Assembly (NCBI RefSeq): GCF_009914755.1
Contig: NC_060926.1
Direction: 5' to 3' (one strand)
DNA: 64,000 nucleotides
DNA from: the human T2T-CHM13v2.0 reference genome, Homo sapiens
Under the pieces are notes generated by a model. The model had not been told where the DNA came from. It made no database searches and worked only from the letters and a program-made list of their open reading frames with translations. Within the stretch, counting starts at the first letter, position 1, and each line of letters begins with the position of its first letter. The translations under genes were made by a program, and so were the position numbers. This document shows, piece after piece, positions 45,631 to 60,200 of this stretch.

Positions 45631-45915
45631 GGAGAAGCCATGGTAGATATAAAATGCTTACAAGCATATCCCTATTTAATTATATACCCACATTATACAT
45701 ATACATACCTACACTAAGTTAATGTTATAATTTTATTAGAAGTAAAAAATATACACAAAGATAGCATGCTGCTTTTAATGACTCAGAGAAGGATTATAAC
45801 TTAATCCTATAGAAATTTCTATGAGTAGGAAATACGTACTTAATTCATGGGAAATATGCTAATATTAAACACCAGGTCTGATCCTTCTGTTGAGTAAAGA
45901 AAGTTCCACTTTTAG

Positions 45916-46220
45916 GCCAGGTGCAGTGCCTGTAAGCCCGGCACTTTGGGAGGCCCAGGAAGGAGTATCGCCTGAGCTTGGGAGTTTGGGATCAGCCTAG
46001 GCAACATTACGAGACCTTGTTTCTACCAAAATTCAAAAAAATTAGCTGAACATGATGGCACATGCCTGTAGTCCCAACTTCTTGTGGGGAGGAGGTGGGT
46101 GGATCACTTGAGCCTGGGAAGTCGAGGCTGTAGTGAGCCCTGATTGTGCCACTGCACTCTGGCCCGGGCAACAGAATGAGACTCCGTCTCAAAAAAAACA
46201 AAAAACAAAAAACAAAAAAA
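45916..46220 (+). mobile_element. AluJ
   Basis: gtcgaggctgtagtgagc J-type right arm. TSD aaagttc(c/a)actttt. Confidence 0.92.
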
Positions 46221-47416
46221 AGTTCAACTTTTTAAATATACAACAATTTCTACAACGTATCATAAGACCTGCTAAAAACTCATCTTTCACAGTACACTAA
46301 ATAGTGCAGCGTTACTTTAGTGCCCTTTGGCTAAAGAAACATATGGTTCTCTAAATAAAACCTCCAAGTACAAGATAAACAGTGTCATTTCCTCATTACT
46401 ATTTCTTGGCATCAGTGCCGAAAGTTAACAGCGTCAATTAACACTTGGGATGAGGATCCAGCTAAGTGACACTTCACTGGCCAAGATGGAAAAAACTCTC
46501 CATAGCCATGATCCACTTCTGCTTCGAGTTCAGGGTCAGGGAGAGAAGTGCAACAAGGCTTTTTAGCTTTTATTGACTGTTGTTTGGGAAAAATGGAGTG
46601 GAAGACTGTGAAATAAAGACAGAATGGCAAGTGCCACTTCCTTATATTTGGCATCTTTCCCATTCTCCTGTGGTATTCTTAGTAGTGGCACTTTGCTATC
46701 CCTAGTACTGTGTCTGAGGCAGTGTCAACAGTTTCTAAATGCTGGGCAAATCTTCAAGTGAAACTGAGACACTGTTAAGTAGCAAAAGATTAACCTGACT
46801 TCATTATCTAGGAATCTTCTTAATTGAGGAGTGAAAGAAACAAGGACAGGAGCCAGAAAACCCATGAACTAGGCAACACACGTCAAGCCCATCAACAATG
46901 GCTCTTGTGACACTTCTAAGAGACTAGGTTGGCCAAGCTGACTTACTTTATACCCAATGAGTAATTAGCAGACACATGCTTGTCTAGCAGTAATGGCTTG
47001 CATTCTGCTTCCCCTCCTAAAGTGCTGCTGTGCCCCTAACTGGCAGTGACCAAAGAAACCTCTTCACAAGAATTGCCAGAATTAGAAAGAGTCGCCCAAA
47101 CCACTACACTGACCTTCACATAAGAATTCATCAGCATATAGGTTCTTCTCTGAAGGCCACTCTGGTAATTACCTGACACCCACTGAAAGAAGAACAGCTT
47201 TGATAGGAAATGACAACTTGGAATGTTTTCTTCCATTAATAACCTTTGTTGCTAAAGCTCTTCACTTTCTCAAATCCTCTGAATTTCTTAGAACCCCATT
47301 GTTGCAAACAAAAAAGATAAAGAATGAGATAACTTAGTGCTTCAAAAACAAAAATGTAACCCAAAAACTTCTAAACTTCACTGTGCTCTCATTTCTGATT
47401 TTTACCTTACTTATTT

Positions 47417-47718
47417 CTTTTCTTTTCTTTTTTTTTTGAGACGGAGCCTCACTCTGTTGCCAGGCTGGAGTGCAGTGGTGCAATCTCAGCCTTACTGCAA
47501 CCTCCACCTCCCGGGTTCAAGTGATTCCCCTGCTTCAGCCTCCTGAGTAGCTGGGACTACAGGCATGTGCCACCACGCCCGGCTAATTTTTTTGTATTTT
47601 AGTAGAGAAGGGGTTTCACCCTGTTGGCCAGGCTGGTCTCTATCTCCTGACCTCGTGATCCGCCCGCCTCGGTCTCCCAAAGTGCTGGGATTACAGGCGA
47701 GAGCCACTGCGCACGGCC
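47417..47718 (-). mobile_element. AluSc-like
   Basis: Reverse Alu with tgttgccagg and gacctcgtgatcc. TSD tgatttttacctta. Confidence 0.94.
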
Positions 47719-49581
47719 TGATTTTTACCTTATTTCTAATTTGGACTTCAGAGACATGGCTAGAATCTTGAATGAGGACATTAAACTGTGCTCACTTTGC
47801 ATGGAAAAAACAGTCGAAGGAAAAACTCACAAAGTGACTGGGGAAAGACAATGGCCCTGGAGAAAGTACTTACCTATATATTTACCAATAGAACCAACCT
47901 TTTTTTGCATTTTAAAAAGTAATTAGAACTGTTCCCTTAATTAAAGAAAGTGCATAATTAAAACTACTGGCATCTGTTTTTTTCCTGAGACCTTAGATTT
48001 CAATGTGTTAAGCAGTGTTATAAGGGAAATAGCAAAGGTCAGCTAATTTTCAGGAAAACCCAATATACTAAAATGCCAAATAAAACATATGTCAAATGAG
48101 CGACCATAAAACAGGCTAAACTAACAAAGGGGAAACCTGATGATTTATTCTGCAAAAAATTATTTAGTACCTGCCATGGGCTAGATATTGTAAACGATTA
48201 AAAACAAAGACCCCTACTTGCCAGAATGGTGGTTGGAAGAAAAGACAAGCATACAAATAACTATAATCCAAAGCAGAAGGCAGAATTATAAAATGGGAGG
48301 TACCAAGAAACAAAGAATATGAGAATCAGGAGAGAGGTAAATCTCTTCAGATTGAGGAAATCAAGGAAGCTCCATGAAAAGAGGGTATCAGAGCTGGGTT
48401 CTGCTGCAAGGGCCGGGCTCCGAAGTGGCAGAATGGAGATGAAGGTATTACGGGCAAAGGGAACAACATGTGCTAGGGCACTGAGTCCTGTGTATTATAC
48501 AGTGTTTCCTGGGCACATACACTTTTCAGTTTCACTAGAATAGACATATTAAGGGAAAAACAGGGAAAGGTTGCTACGTTGTGCTACCTTGAAAATGGTT
48601 CCCTGTACCACAAAAACATACCATAGTGTTTTCAATTAAAAATCAAATATTCTATTTGTAGGCATTTTGTATAGAAAATGATTAGGATGTAAGATGCTGC
48701 TCTTACATCACAGATTTTATCCTCTGCTCCAAACCATAATCTTACATTAAATTAATTAAGTTATTTATATTGAAGCTTTAATAATTATTTGAGATAAAAG
48801 CAAGGCACTTAAAATGCTATAGTTAAACATACTAAGAAACTAAAGTTTTCTGAGAAATAAATAATTACTTGAGTCACTGTTTCAAGATAAAACTGTTTTT
48901 ACTATTACAATGCTTTCTGCATATATTTCTGGCATTCATAAGATCACACACTCTCAGAGACAAAGCTACAATATAGGAAGCATGAGCTATACCCAAGAGA
49001 AAGGCTTACATATCCAAAGGTTGCTAGTAAGTTTTTCTGCTGATATTTGCAATTGTAAGGCCTGCAATATCAGTAATGACATACTATTGGCTTTGATATT
49101 CACTTCATTCAATTCTCATCTATTGGGATTGTTGAAAACAAAGTCCAGACAAAATTATAACTATTATGAGCTTTTTAGCTTAAAAAGGTATAATGTCTTT
49201 GCTAATTGCTAATTTATAGCTAGTGAAACGCTACAAGTTGCTATGGCCTGTCTAGGGCCATCACACTGCATAACTCTGCAGGGCACTATTCACATATATT
49301 TCAACATTCGTAGTATCTTCTGGATTGTGCCAGGCCAGAGTTGTACCTATGACATTCTATATTTATTGGCTTTATAATATAGATGTAAATAAACCCATCA
49401 ACTCCAAATATTTCTATGTTACTAAAGTGAAAGTGGTTGCTTTCTAAGAAGAAAATGATGTGTACTCTAGACTGCTAATTCTTTTTGGGCCCAATTTAGA
49501 TTCTAACAATATTATAAGATAGAATTACAATTCTTGTGTTATGGCTGCTTTGAAATACCACTATTTGAATATATGAGCATT

Positions 49582-49621
49582 ACACACACAAACACACACA
49601 CACACACACACACATATATAT
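49582..49621. repeat. (CA)n(TA)n microsatellite
   Basis: Seen directly. Confidence 0.9.
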
Positions 49622-50974
49622 GTTCAATCACATTATCAGAAAACTTCAATGTAGGCAAAATTCACTTCTTAAAATGCTGAGATCTTTAGAGGGCTTGAAA
49701 TTAATTTTTCAAATGTGTTTATTCATCAGCCAACAGTCTTGATGCTCATGTTTCTTGCCCATGACTCATTGGTGGAATTACTTACACACAGAAACATGGA
49801 GAAGTTATAAATGGACCAAATAACTACAACAGAATTTACATGATGAATTAGAAAGGTGCTGCAGTTTGAGTTAAAAATCAGCTGGAATATAGTAAAAAAA
49901 AAAAAGTGCTTTTAAAAAATAAAATCATTTCTTACAATGGAGTTTCAAGTGAATAAAATTTTGTCTCATTTTCCCAGTAAGTTTTATATTTCACTTTCAA
50001 TTACTGGAAGGCAGATTATTAATTTAGATGATTCCCAGCAATCTACATTTCTTCCCCTAGATATTCACTGATGCTATATGTTACTAGTTTGGGGTTGAGT
50101 AGCACAGCGCATAAGAGAGACAATTATTTAAGCTTGGCTGTATCAACTGTGATCTGAACACAAATCTTTCCATTTGTTCAATTCTGTGCTCTCTCTCTCC
50201 TCTAGTTCTCTCCTGTATTTCAAATCAGGCCATAATGAAAAATCATCTTCTTTTATAAATAAGTTTATTATATATATACCAAGGTAAAGTTAATCTCAGA
50301 TGATTAGTTCCTTAATTCTATGAATGAATACTGTAAATTATAGACATTTTATTTTTAAAAAGATTTTTCTCTCACAAACCTAATGGAAGTAGTTTTATAT
50401 GAATTTTTCAACATAGGTAATGAGTAATAAAATGATTTTTATTTAATGTCACAATTTAACATCATCACAATTTATTTAAGAATTCATCAAGAAGTATCTT
50501 GCTTAAGAAAGCAAGACTGCTTAACTCTCCATTTAAATTATATTACAATTTTAGAATTTCTAAGAGGTATATTTACTTCACCTTCTGGATTGGGATCAAT
50601 ATCTGAGTCAATTTAATGACAAATGTATATGTAAACTCTTAGTATATGCACTACATCTTAAGGGAGGCCACATGAAGTAAATGAAACCTGGCAAAGCATG
50701 CCTTTAGCCACTCTCTCAAATCATAAGAGGAGGCAAATCACAAACTTCATGAATAATGCACTTGATGAACTATATTCTTTGTTATACCAGAGTGAGAAAA
50801 TGAGTTCTCTGTCTACTAACATAATCTTAAATATGAAATAATGGGAACCATTATAATTTATAAAAATATCTAATTTTCTCAAAGAATTATGTATATAAGG
50901 ACCTCATCTTTTAGAAGTTCTGACCTTTAGAGATTTAATAAAACACATGGATAATATCTTTTATTTTTCATTCG

Positions 50975-51273
50975 CTTATTTATTTATTTTAGAGACAGGG
51001 TCTCACTCTGTTACCCAGCTTGGAGTACAGAGGGGCCATCATAGCTTGCTGCAACCTCAGACTCCTGGGCTCACGCTGTCCTCCTGCTTTAGCCTCCCAA
51101 GTAGCTGGGAGTACAGGTACATGCCACCATTCCTGGCTATTTTTAAAAAATTTTTTGGAGAGGTGAGGTCTTGCTATATTGCTCAGGCTGGCCTTAAACT
51201 CCTGGTCTCGAGTGATCCTACTGCCTTGCCCTCCTAAAGCGCTGAGATTCAGGTGTGCAACACCATGCCTGGC
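50975..51273 (-). mobile_element. AluJ
   Basis: Diverged reverse Alu (gagacagggtctcactctg, actcctgggctca). Confidence 0.9.
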
Positions 51274-52574
51274 CATCTTTTATTTTATAATATGACACAA
51301 AATATTATAATTTGTAATTACTATTTTTGAATTATTTTATGATTTTCCCAAAAGGATTTAAAAATAGAAATTGCCCATCTCCCTCAAATTAATTCACATC
51401 TTATTTTAAACTGGGAAATCTTAGTTGATAATTCTCAGCTACTTTGACATACAAAGGAGGATATTTCAGAGTTTATAGTGTTTTCACAGTTATATCCCAA
51501 GTTGCTAATGTGTTTGAGAGTACTGCTATCTTTCAGTGGGAAAACAGACTGCCATTGTGTGCTTCATAAGAGCAATTTTTGTTACTCAATGATAAGTAAT
51601 GCAATATAATTCAAGTTTATGCATTAAAGCTGTGACTCTATAGCTAACTGATTCAAGTCTTCTGATGGTCTTTTAAATTAGGCTCCCAGGCTTCCACACA
51701 TTAATTTTTAATCAGTCCAGAAGGTATTACACTTACTTTGATTTCCACTTTAAGGAAATTTACATAAATAATACAAAATAAATCTGAAATTAGAATTTAC
51801 ATTGTGTCTCCTTTTGTTTGACAAACAATATCCTTAATGTAGATGAAAGTGGCAAAGTAACTTTGAAAGTTCAATGCTCAGAGAATTGGTTGACAAATAG
51901 CATTAGTAATATTTTATATATGTTTAATATATTAGTTATTTATCATTACTCATTTGAAAACCTGTTTCACAAAACAGGTTTTTGTAAAATTCATACTCCA
52001 AAACCGAAACCAATTACTAAAACCTAGAAGATATCTTATAATTCAAAATTAAGTGGAATATGTAAATGTGAAGACTAATAACAGATACCTTCAAAACACA
52101 ATATAACTAAGAGAAAATAATGAAAACACATCTTTAGTAGTCGCTTAGCCCATCTGAGTCATGCTAAGGCCGTTTCTGTAGTAAAGTGCCAGATTAAACT
52201 AGAAGTTTTCATTCAAAATTAATTGGGTCAATCTTCCACATATAAGAGATTGGTCTGCTGGAGGCAAAACTAAAATAATAGTATCTATAACTTTGATTCA
52301 CCGATAAAATCTAAAATATTTTAATAGAATCAACAAATGCTAGTGGGTTTCCACTTTCTGATTCTGTGTGATATTGTCTAAAAGTTCTACTCACCAATAA
52401 TAGTCATAACAAAAGTCATACATATAATATATGATATCATCAATGTGAATTGTTTTAATTCAACTCAATTTAGCACTGTTTTATTATGTATCATGTAATA
52501 GGTGTTTCAGAAGACATGCTTTGTGACTTCTAGGAGCTTATAATCTTGTGTAGAGGATAACAAAAGTGAATACC

Positions 52575-53096
52575 ATATATAGGCATATGGCATGTATATG
52601 TGTACATATGGCATGTATATGGCATGTATATATATATGTAGGTTTGTGTGCGCGCGCACATATATGTATGCATACATATATGTACACAAATGCATGTGTA
52701 CATATATGTACGTATATGCATGTGTACATGTGTGTACATATATGCATGTGTACACATATGTATAAACGTGTGTGTACATATATGCGTATACATATGTGTG
52801 TACATATATGCGTATACATACGTGTACATGCACATATATGCGTATACATATGTGTATGTGTACATATATGCGTATACATATATGTACGTACATATATGTA
52901 TACGCATATGTATACACATATGCGTATACATATATGTATATGCATATGCATATACATATACACATATATACATATATGTATACACATATGCATATACGTA
53001 TATACATATATGTATACATATGTGTATATACATATATGTATACATATATGTATATACACATATGTATACATATATGTATATATACATATATATATA
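52575..53096. repeat. About 520 bp of alternating purine-pyrimidine (TA/TG/CA) low-complexity tandem repeat
   Basis: Seen directly. Produces six spurious Y/I/C/H/M/T/V-rich ORFs. Confidence 0.97.
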
Positions 53097-53144
53097 GCAG
53101 AGGGAGAAAAACATTCTAAAAGGAGGAATGTAACACTAAGGGTC

Positions 53145-53710
53145 CATCCATTGTTCAATGCAACAAATATCTATTGAATACATATTGTATTCTAGGCATT
53201 ATTCTAAGTGCTGTGGAATACAGGTCTACTGAAACTTGTGTTCTAATATGGGGACATAGATAAGAAATTATAAATTTTTATATATATATTAGTGTTAACA
53301 GATAAGTGATACACCTATGAACATGTTATATAATGCTATAAAAAAATAAAGACAAGTAAGGGGTAGACTATGGTGTAACGTGCCATTTTAAGTATCAAGG
53401 AAACTCTGTTGAGAGAGCATTTTCACAGAGACCTGAATGAAGTAAGGGAGTTAACCAGGTAGATATCTGGGAGAAGAGTACTTCAGGTTCAGGGAACACC
53501 AAATATCCATTGTAAGGATTTTGATTTTTATTCTGAGTAGATGCAGAATCACAGGGGTGTTTTAAGTCAGAAGAGCAACCTTGTTTGGCTTCCATTTATT
53601 AAAGGATCACTTTGGTTGCTGTATGGAGAACCAACCATGTGTGTACAGTGGAGAGGCTCGGGGTGAGGCAAAGTAGAAGAGGAGGCTCATCCAGGAAAGA
53701 GATGAAAAGG
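53145..53710 (-). mobile_element. L2 fragment
   Basis: caacaaatatctattgaata...ctaggcattattctaagtgctg; agagacctgaatgaagtaaggg. Confidence 0.7.
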
Positions 53711-54214
53711 GTTCAAAATTAAATCCCACTGACCAATCAGAAAGGCTTCAAAAACATAATTTTCTTAACGGATATTTATAATTTTTCACATATCTGCAAT
53801 TTTTGGACATAAATCATCCATAATTTTGATGGAATTTTATGTTCAGCTAGCTAGCAATTACTTTTGTTTCTTTTAAATTTAAATTGTATTTTTAAAAATC
53901 TATGTAAAACAATTACGTAGTTAAAAGTATAAAAAAAAAAGCAGAGAAAAGTTACCTCTTAGATTCAGCAACCAGTTGTTATCACTTTGTTGTGTATCCT
54001 GCCAGGGATTGTTTACATGCCTATCAAGCAAATGTATACATATATGTGTATTTTTTCTTTCTTTTATTTGTAGACAAGTGCCTACACACTACATATGCTG
54101 TTCTGCACTTTGCCTTTTCTATTTAGCAATAGGTTTTAAAGATATTTCATATGAGTAATTAAAAAGTTTTCTAATTTTTTAAAGTGGTTGTGTATATTTA
54201 TTTTATTATTGTGT

Positions 54215-57200
54215 GGTAGCTACAGGGCAAAATTCCTTCTGCTTGAGAAAAACAGAGGGAAAAGTAAAGGCGACTTTGTCTTGCACCTTAGATATCAGCA
54301 CGGCCACAGAGGGATAGAGCACCACGTGTACTCCTGGGGTCCCCAGATCCAGGACTGGACTCTTGGATAGCATTTCGGGACCTGCCTTGTGCCAGAAGGG
54401 GAGCCCACTGCCTTTAATGGTGAGTCCCAGGCCAGGCAGCCTTCATGACAAGCTGACTTAAGAGATCCTGGGCCTTAAGGGAACATTGACAGAAATCTGG
54501 CAGTACCCCTCATGGCCTAAGGTGGTGGTGGCTATGAGGTGAGTCTCCTCTGCTTTTGGAAATAGGAAGGAAGAACTGTATTTTGTGGTTTGTGTGCCAG
54601 CTCAGCCTCAATACAATAGAACACCAGGTAGACTTCTAAGGTTTTTGACTCTAGTACTCAACTGACAGATGGCACTTCTGGACCCACCTGGGAACTGGGG
54701 GACCTCACCGCCCTAAAGGGAAGAAAACAGGCCTGGTTGGCTTTGCCACCGGCTTATTGTAAAGTCCCCAGGGCCTTGCGTAAACATAGGCAGCAGCCAT
54801 GGAGTGGCTGCAACAGGCCTTGGGTAAGACCCAGTGCTGTGCTGGCTCTAGGTCTCACCCAGCACAGTCACAGTGGTAGTGGCCACACGGGTGCTTGTCA
54901 TGCTACCCCCAGCTTTAGGTGGTTTAGAATGGAGAGAGACCCTATATGTTTGGGAGAAATTAAGGGAAAAGGACAAGTCTCTGCTTGGTAATCCAGAGAA
55001 TCTTCCCAGATCCTGTCCAAGACCATCAAGGTGGTACCTCTATGAGTCTGCAAGCACTGCAGCGTTATAGGGATTGGGGTGCCCCTAAAGCAGTTACAGC
55101 TTAGATCACAATACCCAAGTCCTTTCAAATATCTGCAAAGCCTTCCCAAGAAGGACGGCTACAAATAAGCCCAGGCAGTGAAGACTACCTAAATACCTAA
55201 CTCTTCAATGCCCAAAGAACATCTATTAGTATCAACACTATCCAGGAAAACATGACTTCACCAAATGAACTAAATAAGACATCAGGCACCAATCCTAGAA
55301 AAACAGTTTCAGACACAGAATTGTAACTGTGTTGAGGAAACATAAAGAAATTCAAGACAACACAGAGAAGGAATTCAGAATTATATTAGATAAATTTAAC
55401 AAAGAGACTGAAGTAATTAAAAGGAATCAAGCAGAAATTCTGGAGCTGAAAAATGCAACTGGCATTCTGAAGAATTCATCAGAGTTCTTTAATAGCAGAA
55501 TTGATGAAGCAGAAGAAAGAATTAGTGAGCTTGAAAATGGGCTATTTGAAAATACATGGAGAGAGGAGACAACAGAAAAAAGAATTAAAAAAACAATGAA
55601 GTATACCCACAGGATCTAAAAACATAGCCTCGAAAGGGCAAATCTAAGAGTTATTGGCCTTAAAGGGGAGGTAGAAAAAGAGACAGGGATAGAAAGTTTA
55701 TTCAAAGACATAATAGCAGAGAACTTCCCAAACATAGAGAAAGATATCAATATACAAGTACAAGAAGGTTTAGAACACCAAGTAGATTTAACCCAAAAAG
55801 ACTACCTCAAGGCACTTAATAATCAAAGTCCCAAAGGTTAAAAATAAAGATTCTAAAAGCAGCAAGAGAAAATAAACAAATCACATACAACAGAGCTCCA
55901 ATACATCTGCCAGCAGACTTTTCAGTAGAAATCTTAAAGGCCAGGAAAGAGTGGCATGACATATTTATAGAACTGAAGGAAAAAAATCTTTTATCCTAGA
56001 ATAGTCTATCTGACAAAAATATCCTTCAAACATGATGGAGAGGCCAGGAGTGTTGGCTCATGCCTGTAATCTCAGCACTTTGGGAGGCTGAGGAGGATGG
56101 ATCACTTGAGGCCAGGTGTTCGAGACCAGCCTGGCCAACATGGCAAAACCTTGTCTCTACTGAAAACACAAAAATCAGCTGGGTGTGGTGATGCAAATCT
56201 GTAATCCCAGCTACTTGAGAGGCTGAGGCTCAGGAATCACTTGAACCTGAGAGGCAGAGGTTGCAGTGAGCTGAGATCACACCACTGCATTCCAGCCTGG
56301 GCAACAGAGTGAGAATCTGTCTCAAAAACAAACAAATGAACAAACAAACAGAGAAACAAAGACTTTCCCAGACAAACAAAAGCTGAGGTATTTCATCAAG
56401 ATCAGACCTATTCTGTAAGAAATGCTAAAGAGAGTATGTCAGAAAGAAAAGGACATTGATGAACAATAAATAATCACGTGAAGGTACAAAACTCACTTGT
56501 AATAGTAAATACACAGAAAAACACAGAATAAGATAACACTGTAACTGTGGTATGTAAACTACTCTTAGCCTAAGTAGAAAGACTAAGCAATGAATCAATG
56601 AAAAATAACAGCTACAACAACTTTTCAAGACATAGTACAATAAGATATAAATAGAAACAACAAAAAGTTAAAAAGTGGGGGGATAAATTAAGACATTAAG
56701 TTTTTTATTAGTTTTCTTTTTGCTTGTATGTTTATGCAAATAGAGTTAACTTCTTTTCAGGTTAAAATAATAGGTTATAAGATACTATTTGCAAACCTCA
56801 TGGTAAACTCAAACCAAAAAAAAAATACAATGAATATACAAAAAAATAAAAAGGAAGAAACTCAATCATATCACCAGAGAAAATTGACTTCACTAGAGGA
56901 ACACAAAAAGGAAAGAAAGAAGGAAGGAAGGAAGAGAAGACCATAAAACAACCAGAAAACACATAAAAAAATGGCAGGAGTAAGTCCTTACTTATCAATA
57001 ACATTGAATGTAAATACACTGAACTCTCCAATCAAAAGACACAGACTGGCTGAATGGATGAAGAAACAAAACCCATTGATCTGCTGCCTACAAAAAACAC
57101 ACTTCACCTGTAAAGACACACAGATTGAAAATTAAGGGATGTAAAGATATTCCACACTACTGGAAACTAAAGAAATAGTAGGAGTTGCTATATCTTATAT

Positions 57201-60200
57201 TAGAAAAAGTAGATCTCAAGCCAAAAACTATAAGAGACAAAGAAGGTCACTATATAGTGATAAAGGGGTCAATGCAGCAAAATATAAAAATTTTAATATA
57301 CATGCACCCAACATGGGAGCACCCAGATAAATAAAGGAAATGTTATTAGAGCTAAAGAGAGAGGCCCCAATACAATAATACTTGGAGACTTCAACAACCC
57401 ACTTTCAGCACTGGGCTGATCTTTCCAGACAGAAAATCAATAAAGAAACATAAGACTTAGTCTATACTATAGACCAAATGGACCTGTTAGATATTTACAG
57501 AACAATTAATCTAATGGCTGTAGAATACATATTCTTTTCCTCAACACATGGCTCATTCTCAAGAACAGACCACAAAAAAACTACATATAACAAGTCTACA
57601 TATAGACCAAATGGGCCTATTAGATATTTACAGAACATTTAATCTAATGGCTGTAGAATATATATTCTTTTCCTCAACACATGGATCATTCTCAAGAACA
57701 GATTTAAAAAACTCATATAACAAGCCTTAAAACATCAAAAAAATGAAATAATTTTGAGCACCTTCTCTGACCACAATGGAATAAAACTAGAAATTCATAA
57801 CAAAAGGAATTTTGGAAACTATACAAATATATGGAAATTAAACAATATGTTCCTGAATGATGAGTGGTTCAATGAACAAATTAAGAAGAAATGAAAAAGT
57901 TTCTTGAAACAAATGATAATGGAAACACAACATACCCAAACCATGGGATACTGCAAAAGCAGTACTAAGAGAGTTTATAGTTTTAAGTGCCTACATCAAA
58001 AAAGAGAAAAACTTCAAATACACAATCTAATGATGCATCTTAAAGAAACAGAGAAGCAAGAGCAGACCAAACCCACATTTTGTAGAAAAAAAGAATAGAG
58101 TAGAAATAAATAAAATTGACATGAAAAACCAATACAAAAAAAATCAATGAAACAAAAATTTGACTTTGAAAAATGTTACGGAAAATTGGCAAACATTTAG
58201 CCATACTAAGAAAAAAAGACAGAAGATCCAAATAAGTAAAATCAGAAATGAAAAAGGAGACATTACAACTGATTCTGCAGAAAGTTAAAGGGTCATTAGT
58301 GGCTACTATAAGAAACTATAAAGCAACAAATTGGAAAATCTAGAAGAAATGTAAAAATTCTTAGATACATACTAACTACTAATGTTGAACCAGGAAAAAA
58401 TCCCAAACCTAAAAAGACCAACAACAAGTAATGAGATAGAAACTGTAACAAAAAGCTCCCCAGTAAAGAAAAGCCTGGGACCCCATAGCTTCACTAATAG
58501 ATTCTACCAAACATTGAAAGAACTAATATTAATCCTACTCAAATTATTCCAAAAATAGAAGAGGAGGGAATACTCCAAACTCGTTCTACAAGGCCAGTAT
58601 TACACATTACAAAGACATAAAAAAATTGTGTGCCAATATCTCTGATGAATATCAATGCAAAAATCCTCAATAAAATACTAGGAAATTGAATTAGACAATA
58701 CATTAGAAAGATCATTCATCATGACAAGTGGGATTTATCCCTAGGATACAAGGATGATTCAACATATGCAAATCAATCAGTGTGATACATCATATCAACA
58801 AGATGAAGGATTAGAACTATATGATCATTTCAATTGATGCTAAAAAAGCATTTGAAAAATTCAACATCCCTTCATGATAAAAACCCTAAGAAAACAGAGG
58901 ATAGAAGGAACACACCTAATAATAAAAGCCATATACTACAGACCTATGGCTAGTATTATACTGAATGGGGAGAAACTTAAAACCTTTCCTCTAAGATCTG
59001 GAACATGACAAAGATGCCCACTGTTACCACTGTTATTCAACATAGTACTTGAAGTCCTAGCTAGAGTGATCAGACAAGAGAAGGATATAAAGGACCTCCA
59101 AATTGGAAAGAAAACTGTCAAATTATCCTTATTTGCAGATAATATTATCTTATATTTGTAAATAAAGACTCTCCACATAAAAACCTATTAGGACTGATAA
59201 AAAAAATTCAGTCAAGTTGCAGGATACAAAATTAACATACAAAAATCTGTAGCATTTTTATATGTGAACAGTGAACAATGTGAAAAAGATATAAAAAAGT
59301 AATCCCATTTACAATAGCCACACATAAAATTAAATATCTAAGATTTAACCAAAGAAGTGAAAATTCTTTACAAAGAAAACTGTAAAATTGATGAAAAAAA
59401 TTGAAGAGGACACAAAAAGTGAAAGGATATTCCATGTTCATGGATTGGAAGAATTAATATTGTTAAAGTGTCCATACTACCCAAAGCAATCTACAGATTC
59501 ATTGCAATCACATTTTTCACAGAAATAAAAAAAACTATCCTAACATTTATATGCAATCACAAAAGACCCAGAATCACCAAAGCTATCCTACACCAAAAGA
59601 ACAAAACTGGAGGAATCACATTATCTAACTTCAAATTATATACTACAGAGCTGCTACTGGCATACAAGCAGATATATAGACTAATGTGACAGACTAGAGA
59701 ACCCAGAAACAAACTCAGATATCTACAGTGAACTCATTTTTAACAAAGGTGCCAATAACATACACCAGGGAAAAGGGAGTCTCTTCAGTAAATGGTGTTG
59801 GGAAAACTCGTTATCCATATGCAGAAGAATGAAACCAGACCCCATCTCTTGCCATATATAAAAATGAAATCAAAATGGATTAAAGACTTAAATCTAAGAC
59901 CTCAAACTATAAAACTGCTACAAGACTAACAATGGGGAAAATCTCCAGGACATTGGTCTTGGCAAAGATTTGTTGAACAATACCCCACAAGCACAGGCAA
60001 CCAAAGCAAAAATGGACAAATGGGATCACATCAAGTTAAGCTTCTGCACAGAAGAAACAATCAATAAAGTGAAGAGACAACCCATAGAATGGGATAAAAC
60101 ATCTGCAAACTACCTATCTGACAAGGGATTAATAACTAGAATACATAAGGATCTCAAACAACTCTATAGGAAGAAATCAAATAACCCAATCAAAAAATGG

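Noticed and set aside
51957-51982. 11-bp inverted repeat aaaacctgttt/aaacaggtttt, plus similar small hairpins near 5994-6016 and 46720-46773
   Set aside because: Short enough to occur by chance in 64 kb of AT-rich DNA.
52507-53177. Six long ORFs (115-206 aa) on both strands
   Set aside because: Artefact of the alternating RY repeat, which cannot form stop codons.
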